Origin: Candidatus Heimdallarchaeota archaeon
Lineage (GTDB): Archaea > Asgardarchaeota > Heimdallarchaeia > JABLTI01
Length of the DNA: 64,000 nucleotides
NCBI GenBank assembly: GCA_018238155.1
Contig: JABCTZ010000032.1
Span: forward strand, 1-64,000
Direction: 5' to 3'
Shown piece after piece: positions 38,320 through 47,452 of the stretch. The notes beneath the pieces are model-generated. The model had not been told where the DNA came from, made no database searches, and saw nothing but the letters and a program-made list of their open reading frames with translations. Both the position numbers and the translations under genes were made by a program. How positions within the stretch are numbered: position 1 is the first letter of the stretch; the number at the start of each line of letters is the position of its first letter.

Positions 38320-39561
38320 TTGTCAGAAATAAAACGTGAATTTGTGTTCAAAATTGTTCTAATGGGTGAAGGTTCTGTAGGAAAGACAAGCATTCGATCC
38401 CAGTTTATGGGTGTTGGATTTAAGAGTGAATATATTAAGACCATCGGTGCTGATTTTGCATCAAAAGCAATAATTCTAGGTGAAAATAAAGTTCACTTCC
38501 AAATATGGGATCTTGCAGGTCAAGCAATGTACAAACATGTTCGCTCATCATTCTATAGTGGATGCAAATGTGGATTCCTTGTCTGTGACCTCACTTCACC
38601 TGAAACACTTGAAAAACTTGACCAATGGGTAGAAGAGGCAGTTGAGCATTCTGGGGGCTTTTTGAAGATTTTCATTATCCTTGGGAATAAACATGACCTT
38701 ACTGATAAAATTAAAGTGAAACAGGAAGATATTGACAAACTCCTCGGAAAGATTAAAAAATTGAAAGGTATCGAAGCTAAATATCTGCATACATCCGCTT
38801 TGACAGGGGAAAATATTGACGAAGCTTTTCATTTGATGGGAAAAATGTTTCTGGAAAAAGAAGGTTTCCCTCGTGATGGGGCTAGGGTTAAAGACGAAGG
38901 ATTAGAAGATGCGTCTCAACCATTTTTAGTAAAACCTATGCCTATGCCCCCAAAAATTGATACAGATGTCCCTCAAAAAGAACATATGAATCAGCTCATC
39001 TCAACATTGACTATGCTGAATGAGAAAATTAGTAGCTTGTCTGAAATCATGTCAGCGTTAGAAGAACGGATGTTAGTTGTTGAAACAAAGAAATTTCAGA
39101 TAGATAGTACAAATCAGGAAATCAATTCTTTGAAAGAGAAAATTGAATCTATTGACAAAGAAATGTTAACAGTAGTAGATTCATCAGAAGCTTATGCTGA
39201 ACCCGTAGATGGTGTTTCACCTGAGTTGGATTTGCTGATTCCTGTTCCTCCTATGAATGATTTCGTCCCAGAAAAAGAATCACCTGATAAAGCAAACTAT
39301 GAAATTATTGATAGATCAAAGCTTGATTCAATGCACATAATTGAAGAACACAATCACGAAGAAAGTATAACTGAAATTTTGAGTGAAACTGAGGATAAAC
39401 CGGAATCTATAGAAGATGAAGGGCAAAAACTTGAAGAAGCTAAATCGGAAGCAAAGACGACTAAGACGCGAAAAGGACATTGCCCGAAATGTGGAAGTAA
39501 ATTATCATTTATCAAACAATACAACCGTTGGTACTGCTATCGATGTAAAATATATGTTTGA
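38320..39561 (+). CDS. Rab-like small GTPase with coiled coil, acidic linker and C-terminal zinc ribbon
   Basis: G1 GEGSVGKT, TIGADF, QIWDLAGQ, GNKHD, TSA; C-terminal CPKC...WYCYRC. Confidence 0.92.
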   Translation: MSEIKREFVFKIVLMGEGSVGKTSIRSQFMGVGFKSEYIKTIGADFASKAIILGENKVHFQIWDLAGQAMYKHVRSSFYSGCKCGFLVCDLTSPETLEKLDQWVEEAVEHSGGFLKIFIILGNKHDLTDKIKVKQEDIDKLLGKIKKLKGIEAKYLHTSALTGENIDEAFHLMGKMFLEKEGFPRDGARVKDEGLEDASQPFLVKPMPMPPKIDTDVPQKEHMNQLISTLTMLNEKISSLSEIMSALEERMLVVETKKFQIDSTNQEINSLKEKIESIDKEMLTVVDSSEAYAEPVDGVSPELDLLIPVPPMNDFVPEKESPDKANYEIIDRSKLDSMHIIEEHNHEESITEILSETEDKPESIEDEGQKLEEAKSEAKTTKTRKGHCPKCGSKLSFIKQYNRWYCYRCKIYV

Positions 39562-39632
39562 TATCCATCCTTCTTTTTTTTTATTATAGAAAGCCTGTTT
39601 TTTTTTTAATTAATATCTGAGAAAAGGTTTAA

Positions 39633-40871
39633 TTGAATTTTCATAATTATTGTATGATTGTCATGAGAAAGATCAAAGTATCTATTGTAAAAGTAGAAAA
39701 TGAAGATGTGTGTAGTGCTGTCAAAAGATCCATCGAATTACTTGGGGGATTAGAACAATTTATTGACCATACAGATGATGTTTTACTCAAACCAAACCTA
39801 CTCTCAGCACATGAAAATGAAGAGATAAGAGCAAAGATAAGAACTGACCCCCGTGTTTTGGAAGCTTTGGCTGACATGTTGTTAAAATTGAACAAGAAAG
39901 TGCTAATTGGTGATACAAGTGGTGCCGGACAAACAGGCGGGACAAGAGCTGCAATTAAAAGAAGTGGATACCTGGAAATAGGGGAAAAAAGTGATAAAAT
40001 AGAGGTTCGAAGTTTAGAACAACATGGACCAATTAAGGTTGCTATAAATGGTAAGAAACTAAAAGAGGCAAATATTTCCAAGGAATTTTTAGAATCGGGA
40101 GCGGTAATCAATATTCCAAAAATGAAAACTCATGGTCTAACACTCTTTACAGGAGCCATTAAAAATTTATTTGGAACAATTTGTGGGGCAGATAAAACCA
40201 GGATACACTCTCTTGGAGCTACTTCTACCGGTTTTGCTCAATGTCTCGTTGATATTTATGCCTATGAGAAAAAGCAGATACGCCTAAATGTTATGGATGC
40301 AATAATAGCCTTGGAAGGAATGGGTCCTGGTGCGGGAGGACGTCCTGTTAAGATGAATCTTATTCTAGCAAGTGCAGATGCTGTAGCTTTAGATTCTGTG
40401 GCATTTAGATTAATGGGTTCAGAACCTAAGAAAGTGCCAACAATAAAATTTGCTGCAGAACAAGGTTTAGGTGTTATGGATATTGATAATATTGAAATTG
40501 TTGGTGAGAGAATTGAAGATCACAAAAGAAAATTCAAACTTCCAAGAAGTGCATTTATAGGAAGAATTCCTATTGGTAAGTTAATGAATGCAGCTATATT
40601 TGAAGTACCAAAATACATTGATGATTGTACAGGTTGCCGAAATTGTGAAAGAGCATGCCCAGAAAAAGTAATTACTATTACAAAAAACAAGAATGGTCTA
40701 TTTATTCCTAAAATTGACTATAATGGTTGTATCTCATGCTTCACATGTATTGAAATTTGCCCAGAAGCTTGCTATCAAACTAAAAATAAGAATGCAATGA
40801 AAACCACTCTCACAATTCTTGGTTTTGCAATAGTTTGTGCAATAATAACCTGCCTTGTCCTTTTACTCTAA
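39633..40871 (+). CDS. DUF362 protein with 2x[4Fe-4S] ferredoxin domain and C-terminal TM
   Basis: VLLKPNL, INIPKMKTH, GAIKNLFG, EGMGP, DAVALD; CTGCRNCERACP and CISCFTCIEICP; hydrophobic tail. Confidence 0.88.
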   Translation: MNFHNYCMIVMRKIKVSIVKVENEDVCSAVKRSIELLGGLEQFIDHTDDVLLKPNLLSAHENEEIRAKIRTDPRVLEALADMLLKLNKKVLIGDTSGAGQTGGTRAAIKRSGYLEIGEKSDKIEVRSLEQHGPIKVAINGKKLKEANISKEFLESGAVINIPKMKTHGLTLFTGAIKNLFGTICGADKTRIHSLGATSTGFAQCLVDIYAYEKKQIRLNVMDAIIALEGMGPGAGGRPVKMNLILASADAVALDSVAFRLMGSEPKKVPTIKFAAEQGLGVMDIDNIEIVGERIEDHKRKFKLPRSAFIGRIPIGKLMNAAIFEVPKYIDDCTGCRNCERACPEKVITITKNKNGLFIPKIDYNGCISCFTCIEICPEACYQTKNKNAMKTTLTILGFAIVCAIITCLVLLL

Positions 40872-41320
40872 TTTGGGAGAGTGTACGATGACTTGTATTA
40901 TGCTTCAATCATAAAAGTTCAAAGGATACATCATTAATTTTTGATCTAAAAGAAATAAAGTATCAGTAAGATTGGTGTCAAAAAACATTATCTTACAAAA
41001 ATTTCTATAAGAATGTAGAACAGATGATTACAGAAGGAGCTAAACTAATCATTCCAATATATCTGATAATACTTGATTTAAAAGAAGCAATGTTTTTTAA
41101 AAAAGGAACGGTTGATCATGCAACCTTTGATTCAAAGATTTGGTTAATGATTCATGCAATTGGTTTCAAATGATTGAAAGGGAAAATAATCTATAAGTCA
41201 ATATAAGCATCAGTTTGATTGATAGAATAAACTTCAATCATTTTCCTCTAAAATGGGGAGAATATATATGATTTATCTAATCAAATTTGATAAAACAACA
41301 AAGGTTTTTTAAAAATTGAA

Positions 41321-42202
41321 ATGAATAATCTCTCGATTGAAATGACTAAAATTACCGTAGAGATTTCTCCATTAGCATATGCTAAGATAATTGATTGGAC
41401 TGCAACAAATACTGAAAGAGAAATAGGTGGATATCTTATCGGCAAAATTATGAAAGAGAAACTTTTGATCACAGAAGCAGTTTTTGCAGTGGCAGAGTCA
41501 AATCCTACTTTTGTTTCATTCGACAACATGTTACAATTCAAAATAATTGAACGATTAGAAGAAAAAGGAAAAGGGGAAGTGATTTTGGGTTGGTTCCATA
41601 CACATCCAAATTTAAATGTGTTTATGTCTGGTACAGATGTCGCTACTCAACAGATCTACCAAGCGCTCTTACCCGAAGCTGTTGCAATGGTGAATGATGG
41701 GAACACTTTTGCTAGAACCCGTAATCAAAAGGATTACAAAGCTAAGTTCTTCCGTGTAAATACTGACAACAAATCATTTGAAGTGCCATTTAAAATAATG
41801 ACCGATCCAAATGAAATTATTGATTTGTTAACGAGTCATGTTCAAGATCATGAAAATCCTGAGAAAATAGCTGAAAATACCGCTATGCGAATGGCTTTAT
41901 CTGTGAATCAATCTTTAGAAACTCTTACAAATAAAACATTACTATCCAAAAAAGAATTTGTTGAAGCGGACAAAGTAAACAAGAAAAGCTTTACAAAAAC
42001 GCTTTCTGATCTTGAATCACTAAGTACTACTCTCAATGAGATGAACAAGATTGTAATTAACAAAGATGATTTCAATAAATTCCGTATGCGTTGGAAAGTT
42101 GAATTTAGCCAGCAAAGAATAATATTATTTGTTTCACTTGGTATTTCTCTTCTGAGTCTTTTGCTAGTCATTGTTGTTCTTATTCTTACTTCAATTAGAT
42201 AA
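41321..42202 (+). CDS. JAMM/MPN+ metallo-isopeptidase with C-terminal TM anchor
   Basis: EIGGYLIG; GWFHTHPNLNVFMSGTD (HxH-x7-S-x2-D); tail IILFVSLGISLLSLLLVIVVLILTSIR. Confidence 0.9.
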   Translation: MNNLSIEMTKITVEISPLAYAKIIDWTATNTEREIGGYLIGKIMKEKLLITEAVFAVAESNPTFVSFDNMLQFKIIERLEEKGKGEVILGWFHTHPNLNVFMSGTDVATQQIYQALLPEAVAMVNDGNTFARTRNQKDYKAKFFRVNTDNKSFEVPFKIMTDPNEIIDLLTSHVQDHENPEKIAENTAMRMALSVNQSLETLTNKTLLSKKEFVEADKVNKKSFTKTLSDLESLSTTLNEMNKIVINKDDFNKFRMRWKVEFSQQRIILFVSLGISLLSLLLVIVVLILTSIR

Positions 42203-42402
42203 TTTGTCTGAATTTCTTTATTTGTAGTTAAAAAAATAACGCAAATTTAGACATTTTATTCAAAAATTTCTATAGTATTTTATGGCTGTTCAAAACCTTC
42301 CCCAAATATGTTGTAAGCGTTCCTAATAATATTGCTTAAAGGGAAAGCTATTTGAAGGATAGTGAATGAAATGAATTTATTAGCTAAATGAGGGAATGAA
42401 CT

Positions 42403-43131
42403 TTGGGTACAACCAAAAAGAATGTAAGTGATTTTATTGAAGAGTTAGCAAATTGGGATGTAGCCACTAGAGAGGAAGCAGCTAAAAATCTTGGCGATGT
42501 TGGTGATGACACTGCAATTGATCCCCTGCTAACAGCTTTGAAAGGCGATGAATCCGAAGATGTTCGTGCTGCTGCTGCAAGTTCTTTGGCTAAATTAGCT
42601 GATGGAAGCGAAATTCCAAAAGAACTTGGTAAAGCTATTTTCAAAGAAAATTCACCCATTGTTCGAAGAGCAATTGCTCATGCTCTCGGGGATATTGGAA
42701 ACACTATGACTGTCAAATTAATGCTTCCCTTATTAGAAAATGAAGAGTCGCATTGGGTTCGCGAAGTAGTTATTGAAGCGTTTGGTAAAAACGGTTCGGA
42801 AGATTTTGGTGAAATTATTTTTGAGCATCTCAAAACAGATCCATCTGAAGAAGTTCGTGTTCAAGCAGCAATTTCCTTATTAAAGTGTAAATCGAGTTTT
42901 GATTTGGATAGCATTTTATGTTGTTTTCAAGAAGAAGAGTCAGATGAAGTTAAGAGTCATATCACAGAATTAATCGCCAAAAAACCAGATGAAAAATCTG
43001 TTGAGTTCTTAACTAATGCACTAGAAAATGATGAATTTAAGCTTACACAAGCTGCTGTTGCAGAAGCTCTCCACAAAATAGCTATTAAATTAGGATACAA
43101 AGATGAAAATGAAATGCTGGATTCCCTTTAA
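42403..43131 (+). CDS. HEAT repeat protein
   Basis: REEAAKNLG, VRAAAASSLA, VRRAIAHALG, VRVQAAISL. Confidence 0.88.
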   Translation: MGTTKKNVSDFIEELANWDVATREEAAKNLGDVGDDTAIDPLLTALKGDESEDVRAAAASSLAKLADGSEIPKELGKAIFKENSPIVRRAIAHALGDIGNTMTVKLMLPLLENEESHWVREVVIEAFGKNGSEDFGEIIFEHLKTDPSEEVRVQAAISLLKCKSSFDLDSILCCFQEEESDEVKSHITELIAKKPDEKSVEFLTNALENDEFKLTQAAVAEALHKIAIKLGYKDENEMLDSL

Positions 43132-43209
43132 ATCTAATCCATTTCTGTTTTATAAAAATAATTTATTAAGCATTAGCGTACTGTCTTGATTATGTTTCAT
43201 TTATTTTAG

Positions 43210-44316
43210 GTGTGCTCAATGGATAAGAAAAATGATAAACCGATTATCGAACAGCGAAAAGATGATCATCTTGAAATTTGCTGTAGTGATAAATATGATG
43301 TTGAAATGTCTATTAGTAATGGTTTTGAGGATATCCTTTTTGTCCCTCGCGCAATCCCTGAGATAGATTTTGATAAGATTAATATTGAAAGTAATTTCCT
43401 AGGACATCATTTCTCATCACCAATTTTTCTTTCATCAATGACGGGTGGAGTACAAGAAGCAAAGAGTATGAATGAAAAAATTGCTCGAATTGCTGAGAAG
43501 CTTCAAATTGGTATGGGTGTAGGAAGTCAACGTGCTGCGTTATTGGATCCTTCTTTAGCAGATACTTTTTCCATTGTGCGAGAAGTGGCTCCTACAGCAT
43601 TTATTGCTGCAAATATTGGAGCAGTACAGCTAAATTATAATGTCACAATCAAACAAGTCAAAAAAACAGTTGAAATGATACAAGCAGATGCACTCATTTT
43701 ACATCTTAATCCTTTACAAGAAGTAGTTCAACCTGAAGGCGATAGAAATTTCGAAAAGCTTTTACCTAAAATAGCTAAATTGAGCAAAGAGCTTAGTTGT
43801 CCATTAATTGCAAAAGAGGTTGGTTCTGGTATTGCAATTGAAGATGGCAATGCACTTATCGAGGCAGGTATTCAAGTAATTGATGTCGCCGGTGCCGGAG
43901 GGACGAGTTGGTCAAAAATAGAAGCAATTCGTGCTCAACAACAAATGAAGTTTACTAATCAAAAAATAGGCGAATTATTTGGAAATTGGGGTTTATCAAC
44001 TGCTGTTAGTACTTTAGAAATATCTAAGCTTTCAGAAAATGTGGAAATAATTTCCTCTGGTGGAATTAGAAATGGGTTAGAAGCTGCAAAAGCATTAGCT
44101 CTAAAAGCAAATTTAGTTGGTATGGCTTTACCAATTGCTCAAATATTGAAGGACGGAACCGAAATACAATTAATAGAAAGCATCACTCTTTTTATTCAAG
44201 AACTAAAGACTGCGATGTTCCTTGTAGGAGCAACAAACCTCAAAGATCTGAGATCTGTGCCTTTAGCAATTGTAGGGAAAACAGCTCAGTGGTTATCTGC
44301 CCGAGGTTTTGATTAA
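43210..44316 (+). CDS. fni: Type 2 isopentenyl-diphosphate isomerase
   Basis: RKDDH, SMTGG, GVGSQR, NIGA, HLNPLQE, KEVGSG, GAGGTSW, SGGIR. Confidence 0.96.
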   Translation: MCSMDKKNDKPIIEQRKDDHLEICCSDKYDVEMSISNGFEDILFVPRAIPEIDFDKINIESNFLGHHFSSPIFLSSMTGGVQEAKSMNEKIARIAEKLQIGMGVGSQRAALLDPSLADTFSIVREVAPTAFIAANIGAVQLNYNVTIKQVKKTVEMIQADALILHLNPLQEVVQPEGDRNFEKLLPKIAKLSKELSCPLIAKEVGSGIAIEDGNALIEAGIQVIDVAGAGGTSWSKIEAIRAQQQMKFTNQKIGELFGNWGLSTAVSTLEISKLSENVEIISSGGIRNGLEAAKALALKANLVGMALPIAQILKDGTEIQLIESITLFIQELKTAMFLVGATNLKDLRSVPLAIVGKTAQWLSARGFD

Positions 44317-44343
44317 AGGCAATTAAATTCGGAGTTTATACAA

Positions 44344-45183
44344 ATGAGCAATCTACCTGACGATGATTCCCCAATAAAAGAAAATTTAGAACCACTGATC
44401 ATCATTTTGAAAACAGATTCAGATTGGAATAAGCGTTTTGGTGCAGCTAGTAAGCTTTATCGTTTGGGTCAAGAGAAAGCAATAGACCCACTTATCCATT
44501 CTTTACAATATGATTCTAATACTGAAATAAGACGATTTTCTGCTGATTTACTTGGAAAATTAGCTGATCCCAGAGCTACCTGGGCATTAGTAGCATCCTT
44601 CAGACAGAGCCTTATTGATAAGGATACCACAATGACTCATCATACAAGTGAAGCATTATTACGCATTAAAGGTACTGATCTTCCTTCCATCTTAACAAGT
44701 ACTGTTGAAGACAAAGGAGAAGTATTTGAAGTTCGAATTAAATCACTTGAATTGTTAGGTAAACTTGGAGATAATATAAGCGTTCAATGGTTAATCGCTC
44801 TCATCAAAAATCCTGAAACTGATGGAAAAATACGTGGAAAGGCAATCCAAGAATTAACTTATACTGGTAACCTCGCCGGATTACAACTTATACTTGATCA
44901 GTTAGAATTAACAAAACGAAAAGATTTCCAGATTATCGTAATTCAAGCTTTAAGTAAAACTCCTTTCAAGAATAAGACCATTGCCATTAGAATTGGTGAA
45001 ATTTTGCTCGGAATATCTGAGCAAGAAGAAGCTAAGAAAAACAAAAAAGATCAAGATTTGTTAAATCTTATTGTTACAACACTTAAGAGTCTAGCCAAGA
45101 ATATTGATCTTTCATTCAAGGAATTTATGGATGAATTAATTATAGTAAGAAATAAAATGAAAGAACAAAAAAAGACAAATTGA
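44344..45183 (+). CDS. HEAT repeat protein
   Basis: RFGAASKL, AIDPLI, IRRFSADLLG, VRIKSLELLG. Confidence 0.8.
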   Translation: MSNLPDDDSPIKENLEPLIIILKTDSDWNKRFGAASKLYRLGQEKAIDPLIHSLQYDSNTEIRRFSADLLGKLADPRATWALVASFRQSLIDKDTTMTHHTSEALLRIKGTDLPSILTSTVEDKGEVFEVRIKSLELLGKLGDNISVQWLIALIKNPETDGKIRGKAIQELTYTGNLAGLQLILDQLELTKRKDFQIIVIQALSKTPFKNKTIAIRIGEILLGISEQEEAKKNKKDQDLLNLIVTTLKSLAKNIDLSFKEFMDELIIVRNKMKEQKKTN

Positions 45184-45245
45184 CAATTAATTAATTTTGA
45201 AGGAAAGATTTAAAATAGCCTTCTTCTTGTTTCCACTTAGAATTA

Positions 45246-45310
45246 CCTCGGCAATGACCAGCTAATTGATTTATCTATATCGATTAGCGATGAGGAAGCA
45301 CGAGGAGGAT
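45246..45310 (+). promoter_or_regulatory. Structured rpl7ae 5' leader with a k-turn-like internal loop overlapping the SD
   Basis: CCTCG/CGAGG outer stem; 10-bp inner stem GCTAATTGAT/ATCGATTAGC; internal loop AATGA...GATGA; TATA TTTAAAA at 45209-45215. Confidence 0.65.
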
Positions 45311-45317
45311 AATAATA

Positions 45318-45689
45318 ATGAGTAAACCATTTTATGTTAACGTAGATATTCCAGTAGAATTGAAGCAAGAAGCTCTAAAGATTCTCGAAAAAGCAAGAGA
45401 CACTGGTAAAACAAGAAAAGGTACCAATGAAACGACTAAAGCAATTGAAAGAAATCAAGCTAAATTCGTTTTGATTGCAGATGATGTACAACCACCCGAA
45501 ATTGTTGCACATTTACCACTTCTCTGTGAAGAAAAGAATATTCCATATGTCGTTTGTGGTTCTAAAAAAGACATTGGTAAAGCCCTAGGATTAGAAGTAC
45601 AATCTTCAAGTGCAGGCATCTTGAATCCTGGTAGTGCAAAAGAAGCTTTAGCAGCATTAGCAAAAAAACTTACTGCTTTAAAGAAATAA
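45318..45689 (+). CDS. rpl7ae: Ribosomal protein L7Ae
   Basis: KGTNETTKAIER, IADDVQPPEIVAHLPLLCEEK. Confidence 0.97.
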   Translation: MSKPFYVNVDIPVELKQEALKILEKARDTGKTRKGTNETTKAIERNQAKFVLIADDVQPPEIVAHLPLLCEEKNIPYVVCGSKKDIGKALGLEVQSSSAGILNPGSAKEALAALAKKLTALKK

Positions 45690-45719
45690 GATAACTAACT
45701 CAAAAGGCAAGTGAAAATT

Positions 45720-45971
45720 ATGAGTAGAAGAAGACAAGCTCCAAGAGACACTGGCACTGGACAAGATAGAGGATTTCCAGCTGAAATAGTTCAAGTTGTA
45801 GCTCGTACTGGTGTTACTGGTGAAGTTCTCCAATGCAAGGTTCGTGTATTAGAAGGACCAGACCGTATGAGAATTATGACACGTAACGTTAAAGGTCCTA
45901 TAAGAGTTGGTGATATTCTGATCCTTCGCGAAACTGAACGTGAAGCTCGCAGAATGAGAGGACGAAGATAA
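45720..45971 (+). CDS. rps28e: Ribosomal protein S28e
   Basis: [31 protein letters not shown]. Confidence 0.97.
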   Translation: MSRRRQAPRDTGTGQDRGFPAEIVQVVARTGVTGEVLQCKVRVLEGPDRMRIMTRNVKGPIRVGDILILRETEREARRMRGRR

Positions 45972-45987
45972 TCGGAGTAGATTTACT

Positions 45988-46206
45988 ATGAAAGAACAAA
46001 CATGTGCTTTTTGCGCTAAAATCATAGAATCTGGAACAGGAACAATGTATGTAAAAAACGATGGTTCTGCTCTCTGGTTCTGTTCTCGCAAATGCAGAGT
46101 ATCTATGATAGATTTCAAACGGAACCCACGAAAACTCAAGTGGACAGAAAGATACGAGCAGAAAATACTTACTGGTGGACGATCTCGAAGAAGAGGAAGG
46201 AGATAA
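45988..46206 (+). CDS. rpl24e: Ribosomal protein L24e
   Basis: CAFC, GTGTMYVKNDG, FCSRKC, RNPRKLKWT. Confidence 0.97.
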   Translation: MKEQTCAFCAKIIESGTGTMYVKNDGSALWFCSRKCRVSMIDFKRNPRKLKWTERYEQKILTGGRSRRRGRR

Positions 46207-46383
46207 TCTCCTTATTCTTTGTGTGAGATACACACCATTCTTTTCATTTTTATCTTTTTTAATCTAGTTTAACCATATTTTAGATGCCAAATTTCTTTTT
46301 GTTAATAACAACAAATTCTTAATATAATACGCCGAATACACAATTAGTTGAAAGAATCATCTATCTAATCTCAATCAATTAAG

Positions 46384-47016
46384 GTGTTAGAAGAAATGAA
46401 ATACCAAGCAGAACTAGAAAAAGCTCAAAATTTTGTCTCCGAAGGGAAACATCTGAAAGCAGCAAAAATCTTTGAAGAAGTCGGCACAAAAAGTCTAAGA
46501 GAAGGTGGAGATGCTGAGAAGAAATCTGCTCCCAAAATTATTGCTAAAAGTATTGCAAGATATATGCTTGCCGGAGAAATTTCCAAAGCTCAAGATTTAG
46601 CTTTTCAAGTAATTTTCATGAAGGAAAGCGACCCATTTCTTTCTCTCCAAATTGAAACAGCAATATCGACAAAAAAGGAATTGATTCGAGCTTTTATTGT
46701 TAAAAAAATTCCTAAAAAAATAACTGAAGATTATGAAGTTTTAACTCAAATCCCACAGAATAGAAAAGTGTTGAAAATTGCAAGTGAAGTTGTAATCAAG
46801 AATATGTGGGAATGGACAAACTTTAGTACTATAAAAAAGAAATATGATTTAATAGATCAGAAATATGCAAGTCCAAAAGAAATGATTAATTTTATCCTTG
46901 CAACAAAAACAGGCGTAACTCTGGTGGGTGCAGAAGCAGAAAGTGGTGAAAAATTATTAGTTTTATTTGCTGTGACATTCAATCAAGATCCAGTAGAAGT
47001 TATTGGCCCAAAATAA
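46384..47016 (+). CDS. Hypothetical protein with helical-repeat-like N-terminus
   Basis: 210-aa ORF with normal composition; no firm family. Confidence 0.65.
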   Translation: MLEEMKYQAELEKAQNFVSEGKHLKAAKIFEEVGTKSLREGGDAEKKSAPKIIAKSIARYMLAGEISKAQDLAFQVIFMKESDPFLSLQIETAISTKKELIRAFIVKKIPKKITEDYEVLTQIPQNRKVLKIASEVVIKNMWEWTNFSTIKKKYDLIDQKYASPKEMINFILATKTGVTLVGAEAESGEKLLVLFAVTFNQDPVEVIGPK

Positions 47017-47065
47017 GCTGAAAAGGTCGAGTTCTTTTCGCTTTGATTTTTTTTGAGAAAAAAGT

Positions 47066-47370
47066 GGCAAAACCCCAAACTCGAAATCTCAATTAAAGCC
47101 CCGCTGCCGCCGGTTACCTCCGCGCCGCACCCCTAGAGGCGTGCTTAACGAGGTTGACGGACGCTCGCTTCCGCGCCTAACCGAATTGACCTCTACGCTT
47201 TCTAACCTTTCCCTCCGGAGAAGGCTTCAACGATTAAACACCTTCCAGGACGTCGCTTCGACGGTTTCCGACGGGCGCTTGAATTAATATCAACACCTAA
47301 TTTGGGCATTTGGTCGGTTATAGAGCGTTTACCGTTATAGGGGAGCCCTAGACCCCCACCTAGTCTTGCC
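47066..47370 (-). ncRNA. ffs: Archaeal SRP (7S) RNA
   Basis: GC-rich 305 nt; ends pair (GGCAAGA/TTTTGCC); Alu-like 5' domain; helix 6 GGAG tetraloop; helix 8 TAGGCGC-GGAA-GCGAGC; TTTAAA box about 25 nt upstream. Confidence 0.93.
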
Positions 47371-47452
47371 AAGTATTTTTTTGCCTCTTTGCTTTAAAAA
47401 GAATTCTGTTTACTGTGAATTTATATTTGAAAGGGGAAATAATCTTTGCGTT

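Noticed and set aside
39480-39561. C-terminal Cys of the Rab-like GTPase as a prenylation signal linked to the QW-repeat protein
   Set aside because: The cysteines form a CxxC...CxxC ribbon, the end CKIYV is not CaaX/CC/CxC, and the genes are 14 kb apart
40880-41173. Short ORF MITEGAKLIIP... and possible gene remnant
   Set aside because: About 50 aa, no recognisable homology, stops in neighbouring frames; cannot be supported
47066-47370. GC-rich island as RNase P RNA, rRNA fragment or foreign DNA
   Set aside because: No RNase P P4 consensus seen; helix 6/8 loops and terminal pairing fit SRP RNA
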